From contig NC_043001.1 of assembly GCF_006345805.1 (NCBI RefSeq), forward strand, positions 88,350,001 through 88,414,000: a stretch of 64,000 nucleotides of DNA. The letters are read 5' to 3'. Positions 50,106-64,000 of this stretch are shown piece after piece. The translations under genes were made by a program, and so were the position numbers. The notes under the pieces were generated by a model. It was not told where the DNA came from. It ran no database searches and saw nothing but the letters and a program-made list of their open reading frames with translations. The stretch comes from Octopus sinensis (lineage: Eukaryota). The first letter of the stretch is position 1. Every line of letters begins with the position of its first letter.

Positions 50106-53100
50106 ACCTATATCTTTTAAAAAAGATTAAGAATCTTCTGTGACTGTATTTCTTTTTGTAATGTGTGTGCTCATACAAATATCAATTGCATTGAATGCAT
50201 TTACTAACCCGTCTTGTTTTTACTAGCTTGGTAAATGGCAAAATAAATTAATATTTTAGCCAGGAAACCCTGGGTAGCTGTATTTCACAAGGATTTTTGT
50301 GGTTTTTATTATAATAATATGTGTTTGTGTGCATGAGTTCATATTTTCCCTTGCCTGTACATTTGTTTACAGACTATAAACAGCCTAGCTGTCCATACAA
50401 ATATATATTTCCTTTGCATGCAGTCAACTGGAAAAGCATGTCTAGACTTCTTGACATGTCTTAACATATTGTGTGATCTTTGTAAACAAAAGGCTATTTC
50501 AAGCAGTGTTGTTTGTTTCCAGTTCAACACATAACTATGATTGTTATCTGATTGACTTGTGGATTATTATGTTGCTTGGAAGCAGGTAACAGTTAGCAAC
50601 AGAAAGAGCATCAGGCTGTAAGAAATTTGCTTCAACAGGTTCTCACTGATCTAAGCAAGCATGGAAAAGGATGTTAAAATGATGATGACAATAGATACAC
50701 ATTTATGTAAATGTGTGTGTGTGTGTGTGTGTGCAAGTGCATCTGTGTGTTCTTACATTTGTGCTTCTCTACAAATCAGTCAGTTATGGGCAGTGATGTT
50801 TCTGTCATTTCCTGCCCTAACGAGTCATCTGTTGACTTTGTGTCTTGAAAGAAAAGTAAAATAAAATATCTCTTGTAAAATAACTAAGGGTTAGCCACAG
50901 GAAGGCTATCCACCTGTAAAACAATACCTCAGTTATATATTCATCTAACACATACTAGAATGGAAAAATGACCACAAAAATGAACTTGTGTATGTACACT
51001 TCCAACTCACAAATACTGTTGCCCCTCGTCTTCTCGCCATACTGAACAGAACATTATTAACTGCTAGGTTAGAGGTGTGACATCTTCATAGATGTACTAT
51101 ACTTTCTTTCTTGACTGCACAAAACCCATCTTACTTTGATATGTGTATTTCTGCATCATTTATGTCTCAAAATACATGTTTCAGTAAGCGTTATGCATAT
51201 TGCTTGATTACATGTAGGAAGATCTCTCAGGCATGAAATTTTGTTTCTGTTGTTGAACTGTAAATTGCCTCTGATATTTAATAGAAGAATTGGTAGCAGT
51301 GGTAGCTTGACATGCTGGTGTATGGCTCAATTTCATTTGTAATTATATCAGCTGCTGCACTCTATGGTACCAAATTTAAAAGAACAAATAACTTTTATGC
51401 ACACACATTAATGAAAAATTGCAATATCTACTTCTGTTGCCATATGTAAGAATGCGTAGAATAGTATGATTGGGAAAAGTGGAATGCCTTCAAGGAAATA
51501 CTTCATTATACCTGTTCTGGATACAAAAAGAAAAAGAAAAAAATGCATATTAATACTTCTGATAGAGAACTACTAGGTACTCCAGTAATGTCAGATGAAT
51601 GAACTGTATATGGCTAAATAGACAAACATAGAGGTGCTTCTTTATAGACTATATTTATTAATTTTGTTATTTTATTTTGTTTCATATTGTAAAGTGGTTG
51701 GTGTTAGGAAGGGCATCCAACTATTATTCCAAAGCAGACAATAGAGCTTGGTGCAGTATTCTGATTTGTCAGTTGCTATCAAACCATCTTACCCATGCCA
51801 GCATGGAAAACAGACATTAAAAGATGATGATAATGATGATGATTGTCTGCATTTGAGTTGAAATTTTGAAAAATGTAATGGGATGATCACTGTCAGAACA
51901 CTTGTTCTTATATGAAATCTCTAAAGCCACAAAAAAAAAAAGAAGAAAAAAATACATGAGACATGGGATGATCACAGTTGCAAAGCTTTTGTTTTTGATA
52001 ACATTTGATAAATTGATGAAAAAATTTTGATTCTTTGCTGGCATCACCATTAAGATTTACATAATTTTAGTGCATGTGCAAAAACTGTCCTTAGATTTGT
52101 TATAATGGAATTGTGTGTGTGTGGGCATGTGTGTGTATTTTATGTATTTTTATGTATACGCATATGTATCTGTATACAGACAGACACACACATAAAAAAA
52201 TATGTATCATTTTACATCTGTTTTTCCATTCTTGCATGAGTTGAACAGATCTTTTACTAAACATTTTTGCTGTGTCTCACTTTCTCTGTATGTCTTTCTT
52301 TCATGTATATACTAGAATTATGAGCTTTTCAGTCATAACTTGTTGAAGAATACTCCACAGTTACATATTGTGTTCTGTAATTTATTGCTTCTCAGTGAAT
52401 CAGTAGAGATTTCTTTTGTGCAAGCTCCTTGAATAAGACACTTCTTCATTCAACTGTCATTGTTCATACACATCACCTATCCATACAGTCTCCTTTTAGC
52501 ACTTTAAAACTAATTTTTCTAATGTCCATTTCTTTTTCTATTTTATCTGTGCTTTGTTATTCTTGGATATTGTTGTTACACATCTATCGAAATATTCTCA
52601 CCTTATTTCTTTCCAATCTTTGCACACCCTCCATATTCAATGTCTGTGTTACACTACATCACACTTCTCACACAACCATCATAGAATCTACCATGCACTT
52701 GGGAAGGAATGCCATTCATTGCCAACAGAGCTGAACTTTTTCCGCCCCATCCTTATACTGGCCTCTATGCTTTCACAGCATTCACCTTCATTGCTAATTA
52801 GATTACCTTGTCACCCATATAATAAAAATTCTCAATGACTTTTAGGGAGCCTTCTTGAAAGAATTAATTACATAGGTACTGTTACTGTAAATTTACAATT
52901 TCATCTCTTACTTTGTTAAATCAATTCTTTCTGTCGTCCTACATGTGATCCATTGGTAATTTTTGTTGGCCTTGAGTACACAATATAGAATTCTTACATA
53001 GTTTTTTTCTCATCATTGTGCATTCCACCCACCACATCTACACATCACACCAGTGTGATAACAATGATATATGTATGTGTGTATATATATATATATATTA

Positions 53101-55782
53101 TATATATACCCACAGAGGTTTGGTGCTAAGAAAATGTTAAATATGCAAATTGGTCTATTACTTCAACTTGTAATAGTTTTATAAGCAATGTATCCATGAA
53201 TATTTAAAGGTGATACGCAACTGTTGACAATTTACTCCAAAATATGTTGAAATGTACTTATAGCTATTCCTCCATTTTCTGACTACACACGTACTGTACA
53301 GACATTGTCTACAATTGTTGCAATTCATAGTGCTGGCTAAAGAAATTCTATAGATATGTTTTATAGTACATTATAGCCAAAGAAAGAAAGATGGAAAAAA
53401 AAACACTGGTGTTTGATCTGATTTTAGATTCAAATTCTTTCTTGTTTTAAAAGTGAAATGCTATCAAGTAATGACAGTGCTCCATTATGGCCGTTATCAA
53501 TTGACTAGAAGCAATAAAAGAGTATCCATCTAAGAAATAAAACAATCTTTTATTTCATAACATTTACTCTAATTCACAATGGAAATGTAGTTTATTGATT
53601 CAGTTGTAATTTTAACCTTGATTTATGGTCTTTCAGCAACATTTGATTGATTAGTGAAGTTTAAGCTGTTAATGGCGTAATCCATAGCTACATTTTGTCG
53701 TTAATTAGTCCTAGGCCAGCTCAGATCAGCAGACCTATGGTTCAAGTCATTCAAGCTGTGACCATCACATCCTTTTTCAAGTTGGAAGGGAATCATTTGA
53801 AGAATATTTAACCGCCATTTCTAGCAGGTTAAGTAACTCATTAGCTCAGCAAAAAGCTATTTCAATAGAATGAAGTGCAATGATACTCATAAGTTTTAAC
53901 CTTATAGTTGTAGAGTTATCTCAGTTCTGGTGTGTAGTGTGTTGTTAAATGTAACCAAAATTAAAACAGTTAAAACAATCTTACTGACAAATTAACTTAA
54001 ACTGTTCAGATACATGAAGTAAAATTGTTACAGTCAACTGAAATTGAACCTGTTTGCATTACGGTGAAATTAAGCCTCTAATATATCAAATTTTCTTTAG
54101 CAACCAATGTTGACTATCACCACTACCAAATGTTACCATCTACCACCATTACCTACCATTCTGACTACCACAATACCTACCTTATGTACTATCATAAACA
54201 TCTATTATCTACTATCAGCAATTGTCTAGCTAGCTCTCTTGAACTCTGTCCTATCAATTCCCAGTATATGTCTAGGTGCAGAAAAAATTCAATGATTGAT
54301 ATTTTAACAGTTGTCAAAAATATTAAAACTAAAATGAAAATATTTAGATTTGCTTATAGCAGTTTAATATATATATTAATTTGTTTTAAAATAGTTGTTG
54401 ATAGCAATATTACATACACTGTTTCTGATGTTTTTTGTTTTTCTGTTGTTGTTTGTTTTTGAAGCAGTTTATTACTGTAACTGTTGATTATCATTATTAT
54501 TAATGAAAATAGATTTCCTAGTTAGCCTATCACTAATAACTGTAATTAGTTTTTGGGAGAAACTCTACTTACCAAACTACTGAAGAGAATAATTTTAAAA
54601 AAAGAAATATTAGTAAGCATTAAATGAGAGCAACAAGTAATTTTCATCTCATGTCACCAATCAGGTAACTGGTGCAATTTAACAAAATGATTTTTTTCTA
54701 AACTGATGAGAAGCTACTTCATTTACAATAGTATTGATCAATGATCAACCTCATTTCATCCCACCTCTTACCTTCTCCACCCCCATTTTTTTCTTTCTCT
54801 CAGTGATTGCTAATAGCCTGCAGCTCTACAACTTCCTGAGTTACTAGTTTGTTTGTTTGTATGTATGTATATTATCATATGAGCTAAAATTTCAAGATGC
54901 AGTATACCAAGTACAAATTATATTCCATCTCTGACAATAGCATTTTGCTATTAAAGGTGAGGTGATATTTATCTGATCATCAATGTTTTAGAACCTTCTG
55001 TGATTTAATTTTTTTTTACCCCCTTCTCAATATTTTTTTTACTTCACACATCTCAATTAGCTGTAAGATATTGATATCATGTGTCATTTAGAAATTAGTT
55101 ACATAGAAATATATATTCTCATATGGATGGAATGGATGCAAGATTAAGAAACATATATAGTGACACACTACTTTATCATGATCTTGTCTGCTTCATGCCA
55201 GTATTGAAAAATAGACATTGAATGAGTCAGTGAAGAAGCCTATACATTGTTACTCAACCTACTGGAAACATGAGTGAAATCTTTCTTGGAACACTCTGGT
55301 TTTAAAAAAATAAAAAGAACACATTAAATAATGTACTCCTAGATTCACTGTTTGAGGAAAAAGATCTCTGAGCATCATAGCCAGAGTGCCTTTGATCATA
55401 GATCTGCAGCATCAGATATAAAGACCTAAACAACACAGATATACTATATACTTAATATAGTACATGCAATTTATACTCTGTGTTATATATTAGCTAAATG
55501 AACCAACAAAGAAATGAATAGGTATGTGTTACACAACATGTAAGAAATAGCTACCAAACATCCTTCAAATTACTCCCTAATGTCTTGAAAAGAAAAAGAA
55601 ATGTTGGATAATGTTTGAATAAAAGATATGATATTAATGACTACAGCTTCTTTGATCATTCCTGTAAATGAATGTAAACTATTCCTGTAAACTAACTACA
55701 GTTCTCACTGTTAGTTGACAGTTTTACCATAAGAGGAAAATGATATTTGAGGCCAGAACCACCCTTGATATATATATAATGA

Positions 55783-55834
<52 letters not shown>

Positions 55835-55843
55835 ATATATATA

Positions 55844-56216
55844 CTAGCAGTATCGCCGGCGTTGCTCAGGTTTGTAAGGAAATAACTATAAAGCATTTTT
55901 AGAGAGTTATAGCCAAAAATAGAAAAAAAATTATGGTAAATTTTTTTTTGAGAGTAAAAAAAGGTTGAGTTGCGTCCCCTAGACAGTCTGTGGTTTATTT
56001 TTTTTGATTCTTGACCCCATGTCGAATTTATCGATTTTTTTCAGAACTGGGGGAACTTTTCAAAATTTTCGCTGCGTTAGTTTTGAATTATGATATTGGG
56101 CTGTGTGTGTGTCAAGTTTCATCAGAATCGGTTGAAAGCCGTGGTCAGGGTGAGGGTACGAGAAAACAGACACACAGAAACACACACAGACAAACTTCCG
56201 TTTATATAGAGAGAGA
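55844..56216 (-). mobile_element. Short non-autonomous Helitron (~370 bp)
   Basis: Minus strand A|TCtctctctatataaa ... degenerate GC hairpin (55854-55869) ... CTAG|T, with a (CAGA/CA)n block near the 5' end. Confidence 0.72.
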
Positions 56217-59200
56217 TAATTGGCATGATACTCCTAAATGACTCGATGGCTTGCCTTGTCAGGTAATGACTGATGAATATGCAGATGAAGTTGGATTTAT
56301 CTGGGAATAGCTGGAATGTCTTCCTAATGACTTTTCTTGCTGTACAAAGTTACAATTCATAACCACATGTTTCTTATATACTCATATTTCTATTGAATAC
56401 ATATTTCAAACTGTGTCTAAATGGACATTCTCTCTCTCTCTCTCTCTCTCTCTCACAGATCCATGTATATCTGTGAAAAATACAACGGAGAAATGAAGGT
56501 ATAAGCTATAGATATACAGAAGGAAATCTTTAGATTTTATATAAAGATGATAAAGCTATATTGTAGCACAAGGCCATAAATGTAAATGGACCTATTTTTG
56601 GTAGTCATTAACGGTGTATGTGTTAGAGGAGAGAAAGATGAGACAATAGAAATATGAGTGATATGAGGTAGTAATTTTAATTCAGTGAATTTTGGTGAAT
56701 GTGTTGTGTTCACAAGTTGTGATTCTAATGTACCAGATTATTTTGTTGTGGGTGAAGTGCACCAGACCAGTTGTGACTTTAATGTGCAACCACTTGTAGT
56801 GTACCTCAACTCTAACTTGTTATGGTACAGTGAGAAAATCTAAATTTTCTTTAAAAGATCTTCCAAGAATTTGTAATATAACTGAAAGCAAAGGCGAAGT
56901 ATGCTGTCAGAGGCTGTGTATTTAGATTCACTTCAGGAATTCTGTTCTGGGAAATAAATAATGTCTGGAAGTATTACTTGCAATAGATTGGCATACTCTC
57001 TAGAACATTTATCTCCATGCCTTAAACTGGTATGAAGCACTGGCCCTCAAAAGACATGTTTTGCTTATCCTGCATTTATATTTATTTTATTCGGACTATA
57101 TAATTCATTTATTTCACTTAGAGTTAGAACTGTTTGATAGTGTTTACAGCATGTATTACTACTAGGATAAAATATGTGAATAGAAGAGGCTTTAACTGCC
57201 TCAAAGACAATGCTGCACACACCTCACATGCATTGAGAGCTGAAACTAAGATGAAACTGTTCAAACTGTAATAATAGTGATGATTTCTTTTATGAACATA
57301 AATAAATAAAACAATGTTTCAAAAATATTGCTTTCATTCATTAAAAAAAGACTGGAGAAAACCTGAAAAATGTATTTGGTGAAAGAATAATTTCTAAAGC
57401 AAAAAAACAAAAGTAGATAGAACTTACTGAACTGATATGGAATAATTATGGTGAAGAGTTTGAACAGGAAAACATTATATGAATACTCAAAACTCAAGTA
57501 TTTGGCATATGTTGAATATTTTGGCTACATAACAAATTTCCTGAAAACTTACATCTGAAACCTAACTTCTTTCCTCATATGAAACATAGCACAGAAAATT
57601 AACCTTTGGCAGAACAGCAATAGAACAGGTTACCAGACAGTGAAACTTTTGTGACTTTAAATGACACCTTTTTAGTACCTTTCAGCTGAGACAAATGAAC
57701 GAGGTAATATATTTGATATCAAAGCTACTGTAAGCATATGAATTCAAGTTTGCATAATTATGAAAGCATAACTTTCCATAATTATAAATGCATAACTTAT
57801 TGAAGTCAGTATTTAAAATGGTTTCCTTCTTAGAATAATTATCTGCTGTATGTATGTTTGTAGGGATTTGCTATTCAAATGCCTACGGGATACATTCATT
57901 GTGCTAAAGAATATGCAGTGAAATTTGAGGACATGCAAGCTGTATGCTTTATCAGGGGACAGGATTGCAGCATGTCAACAAAGTTATATAGTGATCTTCT
58001 GATGGATTGCAACAGGTACATACTATTTCATTTCAGGCATATGTATGTGGTTTTGTTGCTGCAATTTGCTGCATTGTTCATTAGTGAGGGATAAACTAGA
58101 GATAGTGGCCTTAAATTTTTACATTGATAGTCTGCCATGACTTTTGATTGAAGATACTTAGTGATGCAAAAAGCCAATCTCAGCAGCAGATGTGTTGGAT
58201 ATATTGAGCTGTTGTCAAGAAATTATTATTATTATTATTACTGAGATGGAAGGAGTATTAAAGATTATTGATTAATAGTAGAGAAAATAGTGGTAGAATT
58301 ATTATTTTTGTAGAAAAACAAATGTAAAAAGACACTAGGACACACACACACTCTCTCTCATACACATTTACATGTGCTTCTTTTAGCTTACATCTGTCAA
58401 ATTCACTCAACGTTTTGGTCAGCCTGGGGCTGTACTAAAAGATTTGCCCAATGTGCTTAGGAAGCAAAGAGTTTAACCACACACACACACACGCATAAAC
58501 TAATAATTTTATGCCTGTTTTCCATGCTGGTCCAGGTTGGACAGTTCAACTGAATCTAATGAATTGGGAGGACATGTCTTGCTCAAACATTTCAGTCTTT
58601 GTGCACGTGCACACACACACACACATCTATATAAAATCATCATCATTGTTATTTAATAGCCATATTCCATGCTACTGTGGTTTGACAAGAAACAATAAGC
58701 CTAAGGACTGCATTGTGCTCTACTGTCTACTATGGTATGTTTTCTACAGCTGGATTCCCTTCCTAATGCCTTCTACTTTTTTGGTCCTTTTTTCGTTTCA
58801 TTTCACTGAGTTGGGTGGGTCTCAAAAACTGTGTTATTGCCAATCATCCTGGCTCCTTGACATCTTCTCTGAGGGATTCATTGTCCTGATATATATATAT
58901 GTCACTTTTTATAGCTTGTGTCCTCATTCCATCTCACTTATAGTAAATCAAATCAACCATATGGAGATGTGTACTTGGAAGTACAAAAGCTGGTCTCTTT
59001 CTTTGAATGTATCAGCTAGATAAAACAACATTATTATAGCACAATAGGTTGAAACCGTGCTGCCAACTACCTCTCATTAAGTATGAAAAGAAATGAAAAC
59101 TCCCATAAACTGACTGAGCCTTTTCTGCATTTCTCTGCTTACAAATCTAACCAGGTTCAATCATTCAAGAACAAAACAGATGTATTATATACTGAGTGTC

Positions 59201-62200
59201 ATCCTGCACCACAGATGTTGCATACATATGTATTAATTACTGTATAGATTAGACTGAAGTTTAAGATATGTGTGTTGCGCCTAATTTTAAATTCGCTCAG
59301 CTCTATGGAAACTGAGTAGATTTGGGTTACCCAACAACAACAAAAACCACCAGAAATTGAACAAAACAACCAACACACCTCTCTCTGAAAATCATAATCC
59401 CAGCCAATTATTTTTCAGAATTGTAGACTTAATCCGTTTTATTATTATTCTTAATCTTATCAAGCCATGCCTAAAGCAATTGAAAATCATTAAGTTGGTG
59501 ATCAATATAAGTTAATATTTGTGAAAGAGATTTGTTAAACCATTCCCAGCTGAGATCAATTTCAAAAGATATTTCAACTACGAGTAAAAATAGACTATTC
59601 CCACCCAACTCTGACAATTATTTAGAGAAGATAAAAACAATAATAATAATTATTATCAAAGATACATGCATTAGTTCAAGTTCAATAAATTTCGCCTGTT
59701 ACTTCTGAATGAATGGATATTAAAGGTGAAAATATCAGAATTGGCCAACTCAAGAGAATGTTAGCTAATCAGCAACTATCAGCCAAAATGTTCACAAATT
59801 AGATACTATCACTACTGCTGTTTAGTAACCATGACCTAAATTTTTAAAGTCTTTGCTAGCCCAGTCCACTGAACTGTAAAGAGGTGCCACTGAGGTGATT
59901 GTGCTCACCACTGTGAGTGGTTTGAGCATTGTATAACTGATGTACTGAGCTAAAAACAAGGATTATATGAAACTGAACAACAATCATAACCTTTTTAGAT
60001 TTGTTTGTTTGATGCTCATAATTAGTATATTATGATAATCCTTATTAATTACTAAATGAAATCTGTTGGTTTTGTTTATTAATATATATATTGATTTATA
60101 TTGTAATGCTTTATAAGCATTTTTGTCTGTTTTCCATACACTTCCTTTCTGTGCTTGTACCATGGGTGAAATTGGTTGGTATAAATTTTGACATTTTCAT
60201 TACTGTTAAGTGAGTGAATTTTATGACCAAATTGCCATCCTAAACCATTCAACCATGAAGTCAAAGGTCATGTGTTTAAGACTATTGTAAGTGTTTCATT
60301 ATGTTTCTTGGAAGAACACTTTATTCCTGTCTTATTTCACTCAACCTAGCTACTGTGGAATATTACCTATGATTTCCCTATTCTATTTAATGCCCTGAAA
60401 TTGGTACTAAATATAGCTCTTGAAAGCCCACTCATGGCGTAGAATGCATCAATATATTTCACATGACATATATCTTGTAGAACATAATGTGTGTACCAAA
60501 GTTTGATTTCAGGTCCATATATCTTGTAATCCAGTACCTACAACCAATCTGACATTTTGTGTAAATAAAAAAAAAATCTTTCTTTCCCTCTCATCTACTA
60601 TCACTTCAGTGCACTATCATTTGCTCATTCCGAACCCTACAGTTAAATCTCACCACTTCCCACAGCTGCCCTTTTTTAAACATGCATGTAATATATGTTA
60701 CTTACTCATTTGTAGCTCCTTCCCTTGCTCTAGCCCCACTGCATCACCTTTTCTCTCCAACACCACCCTCCTCACCAGGCCCAATCACCACTCCTTTCAC
60801 ATAACCAACCCCTTTACCTGCGCCTCTAGCACTCTAGCACTTTGATTTAGTTTCAATGGCTGGATGCCTTTTCTGTCCCTAATTGTTTCATGGCACCAGC
60901 ACTAGAGAAGTGGTCATGCTCTCAACAAGCTAAGGCATTCCTCCACCTCCATATTATATTCATTCATTTACCAGTTACTTTACAAAGCCTACTGTGTGCA
61001 TCCATTAAGGTACCAACACTTGTGGTTGTGTACTGCACTCTGAAAATCCACTTTGTATGTATGTGCATGTGCACGCACATGCATATATATGTATGCACAT
61101 ATATCTGTGCGCACACACACTCATATAAGAACATGTATCAAAATGAGGCTACTTGTGTTGGCATTGTACATGGAAGAAATTAGGTATAAATGATGAGAAC
61201 ATAATTGATGAATGAAATCAAATTATAACCCCTCATCAGCTTTCTCACAAGAGATTTTCTAAGTTTTAGTGCATTGGACTATACCACTTAAATAGCAGTG
61301 ACCTTATTCTTCCCCCCCTCCTCTTTATGTTGTGTCACTTCTCTCTTTTTCTCTTTCCATTCCCATTTTGCAATTTCCTACTGCTATGGCCAGATATCTA
61401 TCTATCTTTCTTTTTAATATCAATTCCATTAGTGATCGCTAATTTCTCTTCTCTAAGTCATTTTTTGGTCAGTGGACTAAGACCAAGCACCTAATCATTT
61501 ATTCACTTGTTGCATTATTGTCTTATGTTGTTTTGTTTTATTTTTACCATAGAAGACTAGATGCTATTCTTTTTTCCACCCTTGTTGCTAACCATGTATT
61601 TTTTTTCATGTTTTTCTGTTTTCTCTGTCCCTGTTTACTATGACTTAACTATGTCTATTTGTATTTGTTCTCTTGTCTTTTTTTTCTTGTCTCTACTCTA
61701 TCAATGTCCTAACAATCTGATGGTTGTTGACCCCACTAGAGTAGCAGTACTCCATAAGGTGTCAAAATTGCAAAGATGCCAAGCTGATTAATGCTGTCTT
61801 TGTGTATGTTCATCTATTATGCATTCTCATACATACATACATGTATGCATACATACATACACACGCATGCACACAAATACTCATACACACATATACACCC
61901 CACATGCATGTATATATACACACACATGCATGTATACATGCACATACAACCATAAACAATGGGTGTGGTTGTCTTTGTGTGTGTACAAGTATGTAGGTGT
62001 ATGTATATATATTTATGTGTATATGTATAGCAGTGTGTGTGTGTATAGCAGCTGAAATATGTGACAAACATATTTCAAGTAACTTAAATTGTAATTATAC
62101 ATAAACACTGCTTAGCGTATTTACTCCGATATTTTTCTCAATTGGGTGATCTGCTAGCACAAATCAGTCAATGTGTTGGCTGAATTATATATAAAGCTTA

Positions 62201-62469
62201 TAAGCTTTGTCAATTTGTTCAGGGTTGCCCCTCACATCTGATTGACAAGAGTTAACAAACTTGAAATATCAATGTCTCAGATTCCCAAGAGAGAGTGACA
62301 CTGAACGAACAGGGTGTTTTCACACCTTTTTACCATAAGAGAGAATTTTTCTCCATGGTAATTGCAGTGTATTTGCCTTTAGCAGTTGAAATATGTGAAA
62401 AACATATTTCAACTAACCTAAATTGTGATCATATGTAAAAACTGCTTAGCGTATTTACTCCCATATATA

Positions 62470-62712
62470 TATTTTAATGATAAAGATCCTTGCCAAGACA
62501 TATCGATTCACAGGGTCAGTTTCTCAGTTCCCATGGTACATATATTTTCCATCCCGGACAGGACACCAGTCTGTTGCAGGAAACTCATTTTCATCAGCTG
62601 AGTGAACTGGCACAACATGAAATGAAGTGTTTTGCTCAAGAACACAACACATTGCCTAGTTCATGAATCAAAACCACAATCTTACAATCATGAATCCAAC
62701 ACTCTAACCATG
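62470..62712 (-). mobile_element. Decayed tRNA-derived SINE of a third family
   Basis: Minus strand tggttagagtgttggattcatgattgtaagattgtggttttgattc head, then tgttcttgagcaaaacacttcatttca..ccagttcactcagctg. Confidence 0.55.
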
Positions 62713-62753
62713 AAGACTGCTCTCATATATATATGTGTGTGTGTGTGTTTGTG

Positions 62754-62835
<82 letters not shown>

Positions 62836-62837
<2 letters not shown>

Positions 62838-63047
62838 GTTAATCCAAACATGAAAACACAAAGAGAAAACACAACGCGAGGACGTGGAACAAGTATAGTG
62901 TTATTGGACGCTCAGGAAAGGAAAGAAAGAAGGAGGATTTAACACTTCGAGTGGAGCTCTTCGTCAGAAACATAGGAAAAGGAAAGATCCAAGGAAGGGA
63001 AGACGGAGGAAAAAAATCGCCAACGATACACACACGGTCACATTTTG
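62836..63047 (-). mobile_element. Solo Penelope-type pseudo-LTR with minimal hammerhead motif (62937-62971)
   Basis: Minus strand tatgttt-CTGACGA-a-gag-ctcca-ctc-GAAgtgtta..ttcctgagcg..; homologous to 41380-41610 and flanked by (TA)n. Confidence 0.65.
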
Positions 63048-64000
63048 AAGATATATATGTATATACACGCACACACGCATACACACACAAACCTCTATTT
63101 TAAATATATGTATCAGTGTATAAATGCACACACTCTAGAGGTGTGCGTGTGTGTGTGTATAGCATTGGGTCCCTGTGTACCTTTGACAACATGTAATCAA
63201 GTACAATCTGTTTCATGGTTGAATTGTTGACTAAAAGGCATTCCAGCTGGTTACCCTGTTGAAAAGTGTGGCTTAAAACTCAGCAGGGAAAAGAAAAGAA
63301 AAACAAATAAACTCAATAGCAAAGTTCAAACCAGTCAAGTGTCAATGACTACCTAGAAATAGTGTACTGAGCCATAGAATTACTTTAGATAGTGAACATG
63401 TGCACTTTAAGTTAATTTTAGGGGTGATGGACACTAATTCCTCTCAGAGCATTTGGTTAAGAGGTGTGTAGATAAGATTTTTACCTGTAGAAGGATCAGC
63501 TATCTGCATTACCTTGTTGCTTTATGGGTGAATTCAAGCAGGCAAAATTTAATGTACATCCTGTGAGTAAACATGATGCCACAGCCAGCTTTTTGATAGT
63601 TTGTGACTGATTGGATTTCTGGCTGGCCTTACATCTGAGAAGTACCAATCATTTTGTGCTATCCTTGTCACTGAATCTATATGTTTCTCCTAATACCTCT
63701 ATAAAATTGTGTCATGCTGGTTTCATTTCTCTCAATATTGATCATGGATCTTAGATTTTGAATAGTCATTGCCTTTCCAGCTGTTGAGATATCACATGCA
63801 TTTGCAGATATGATATACCACTATATACAGCTTATTTGGTTCTTAAGATCACACAATAGGTGTAACTCTGTCATAAGCAGTAATAGCTCTTTAGTCACTC
63901 ACTCAGCTGATGCCTCTCTTATTGCTGCTCTTTAAGAAGCACAATTACCAAAGAAGATGTACTGTTATCAAAAAATCATAATTGAAAAAGATGCTCATCA

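Noticed and set aside
56459-56498. (CT)n-cacag acceptor with a nearby gtataa donor as a possible next exon
   Set aside because: The frame continuing from the CaMKII exon hits TGA and does not resemble KLEREARICR.
57864-58015. AG/GT-bounded open segment containing KEYAVKF, vaguely like kinase subdomain II
   Set aside because: No other kinase motif, weak splice sites, and the frame does not fit CaMKII exon phases.

Overview
AT-rich, microsatellite-saturated animal genomic DNA. The repeat families and (TA)n/(CA)n load suggest an octopod cephalopod; this is inferred from recognition, not a search. Almost all ORFs in the supplied track are low-complexity artefacts. The only host coding sequence I can support is one 95-nt exon at 33358-33452 (+) encoding [31 protein letters not shown], the CaMKII kinase N-lobe exon. 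Its neighbouring coding exons are not visible, so most of the window is probably intronic. The rest is transposon-derived: an apparently full-length CR1/L2-type LINE (Myb/SANT-like + polyQ + 2x CCCH ORF1, APE-RT ORF2) and an inverted truncated sister copy, two inverted mariner copies, a MITE, two non-autonomous Helitrons, RTE 3' ends, Penelope-like GIY-YIG remnants and many SINEs. Highlights: (i) the CaMKII exon sits in the loop of two nested inverted transposon pairs; (ii) a tandem pair of hammerhead-ribozyme motifs at 46.8-47.0 kb plus several minimal hammerhead cores; (iii) several unrelated fold-back palindromes, some pivoting on a hammerhead core.
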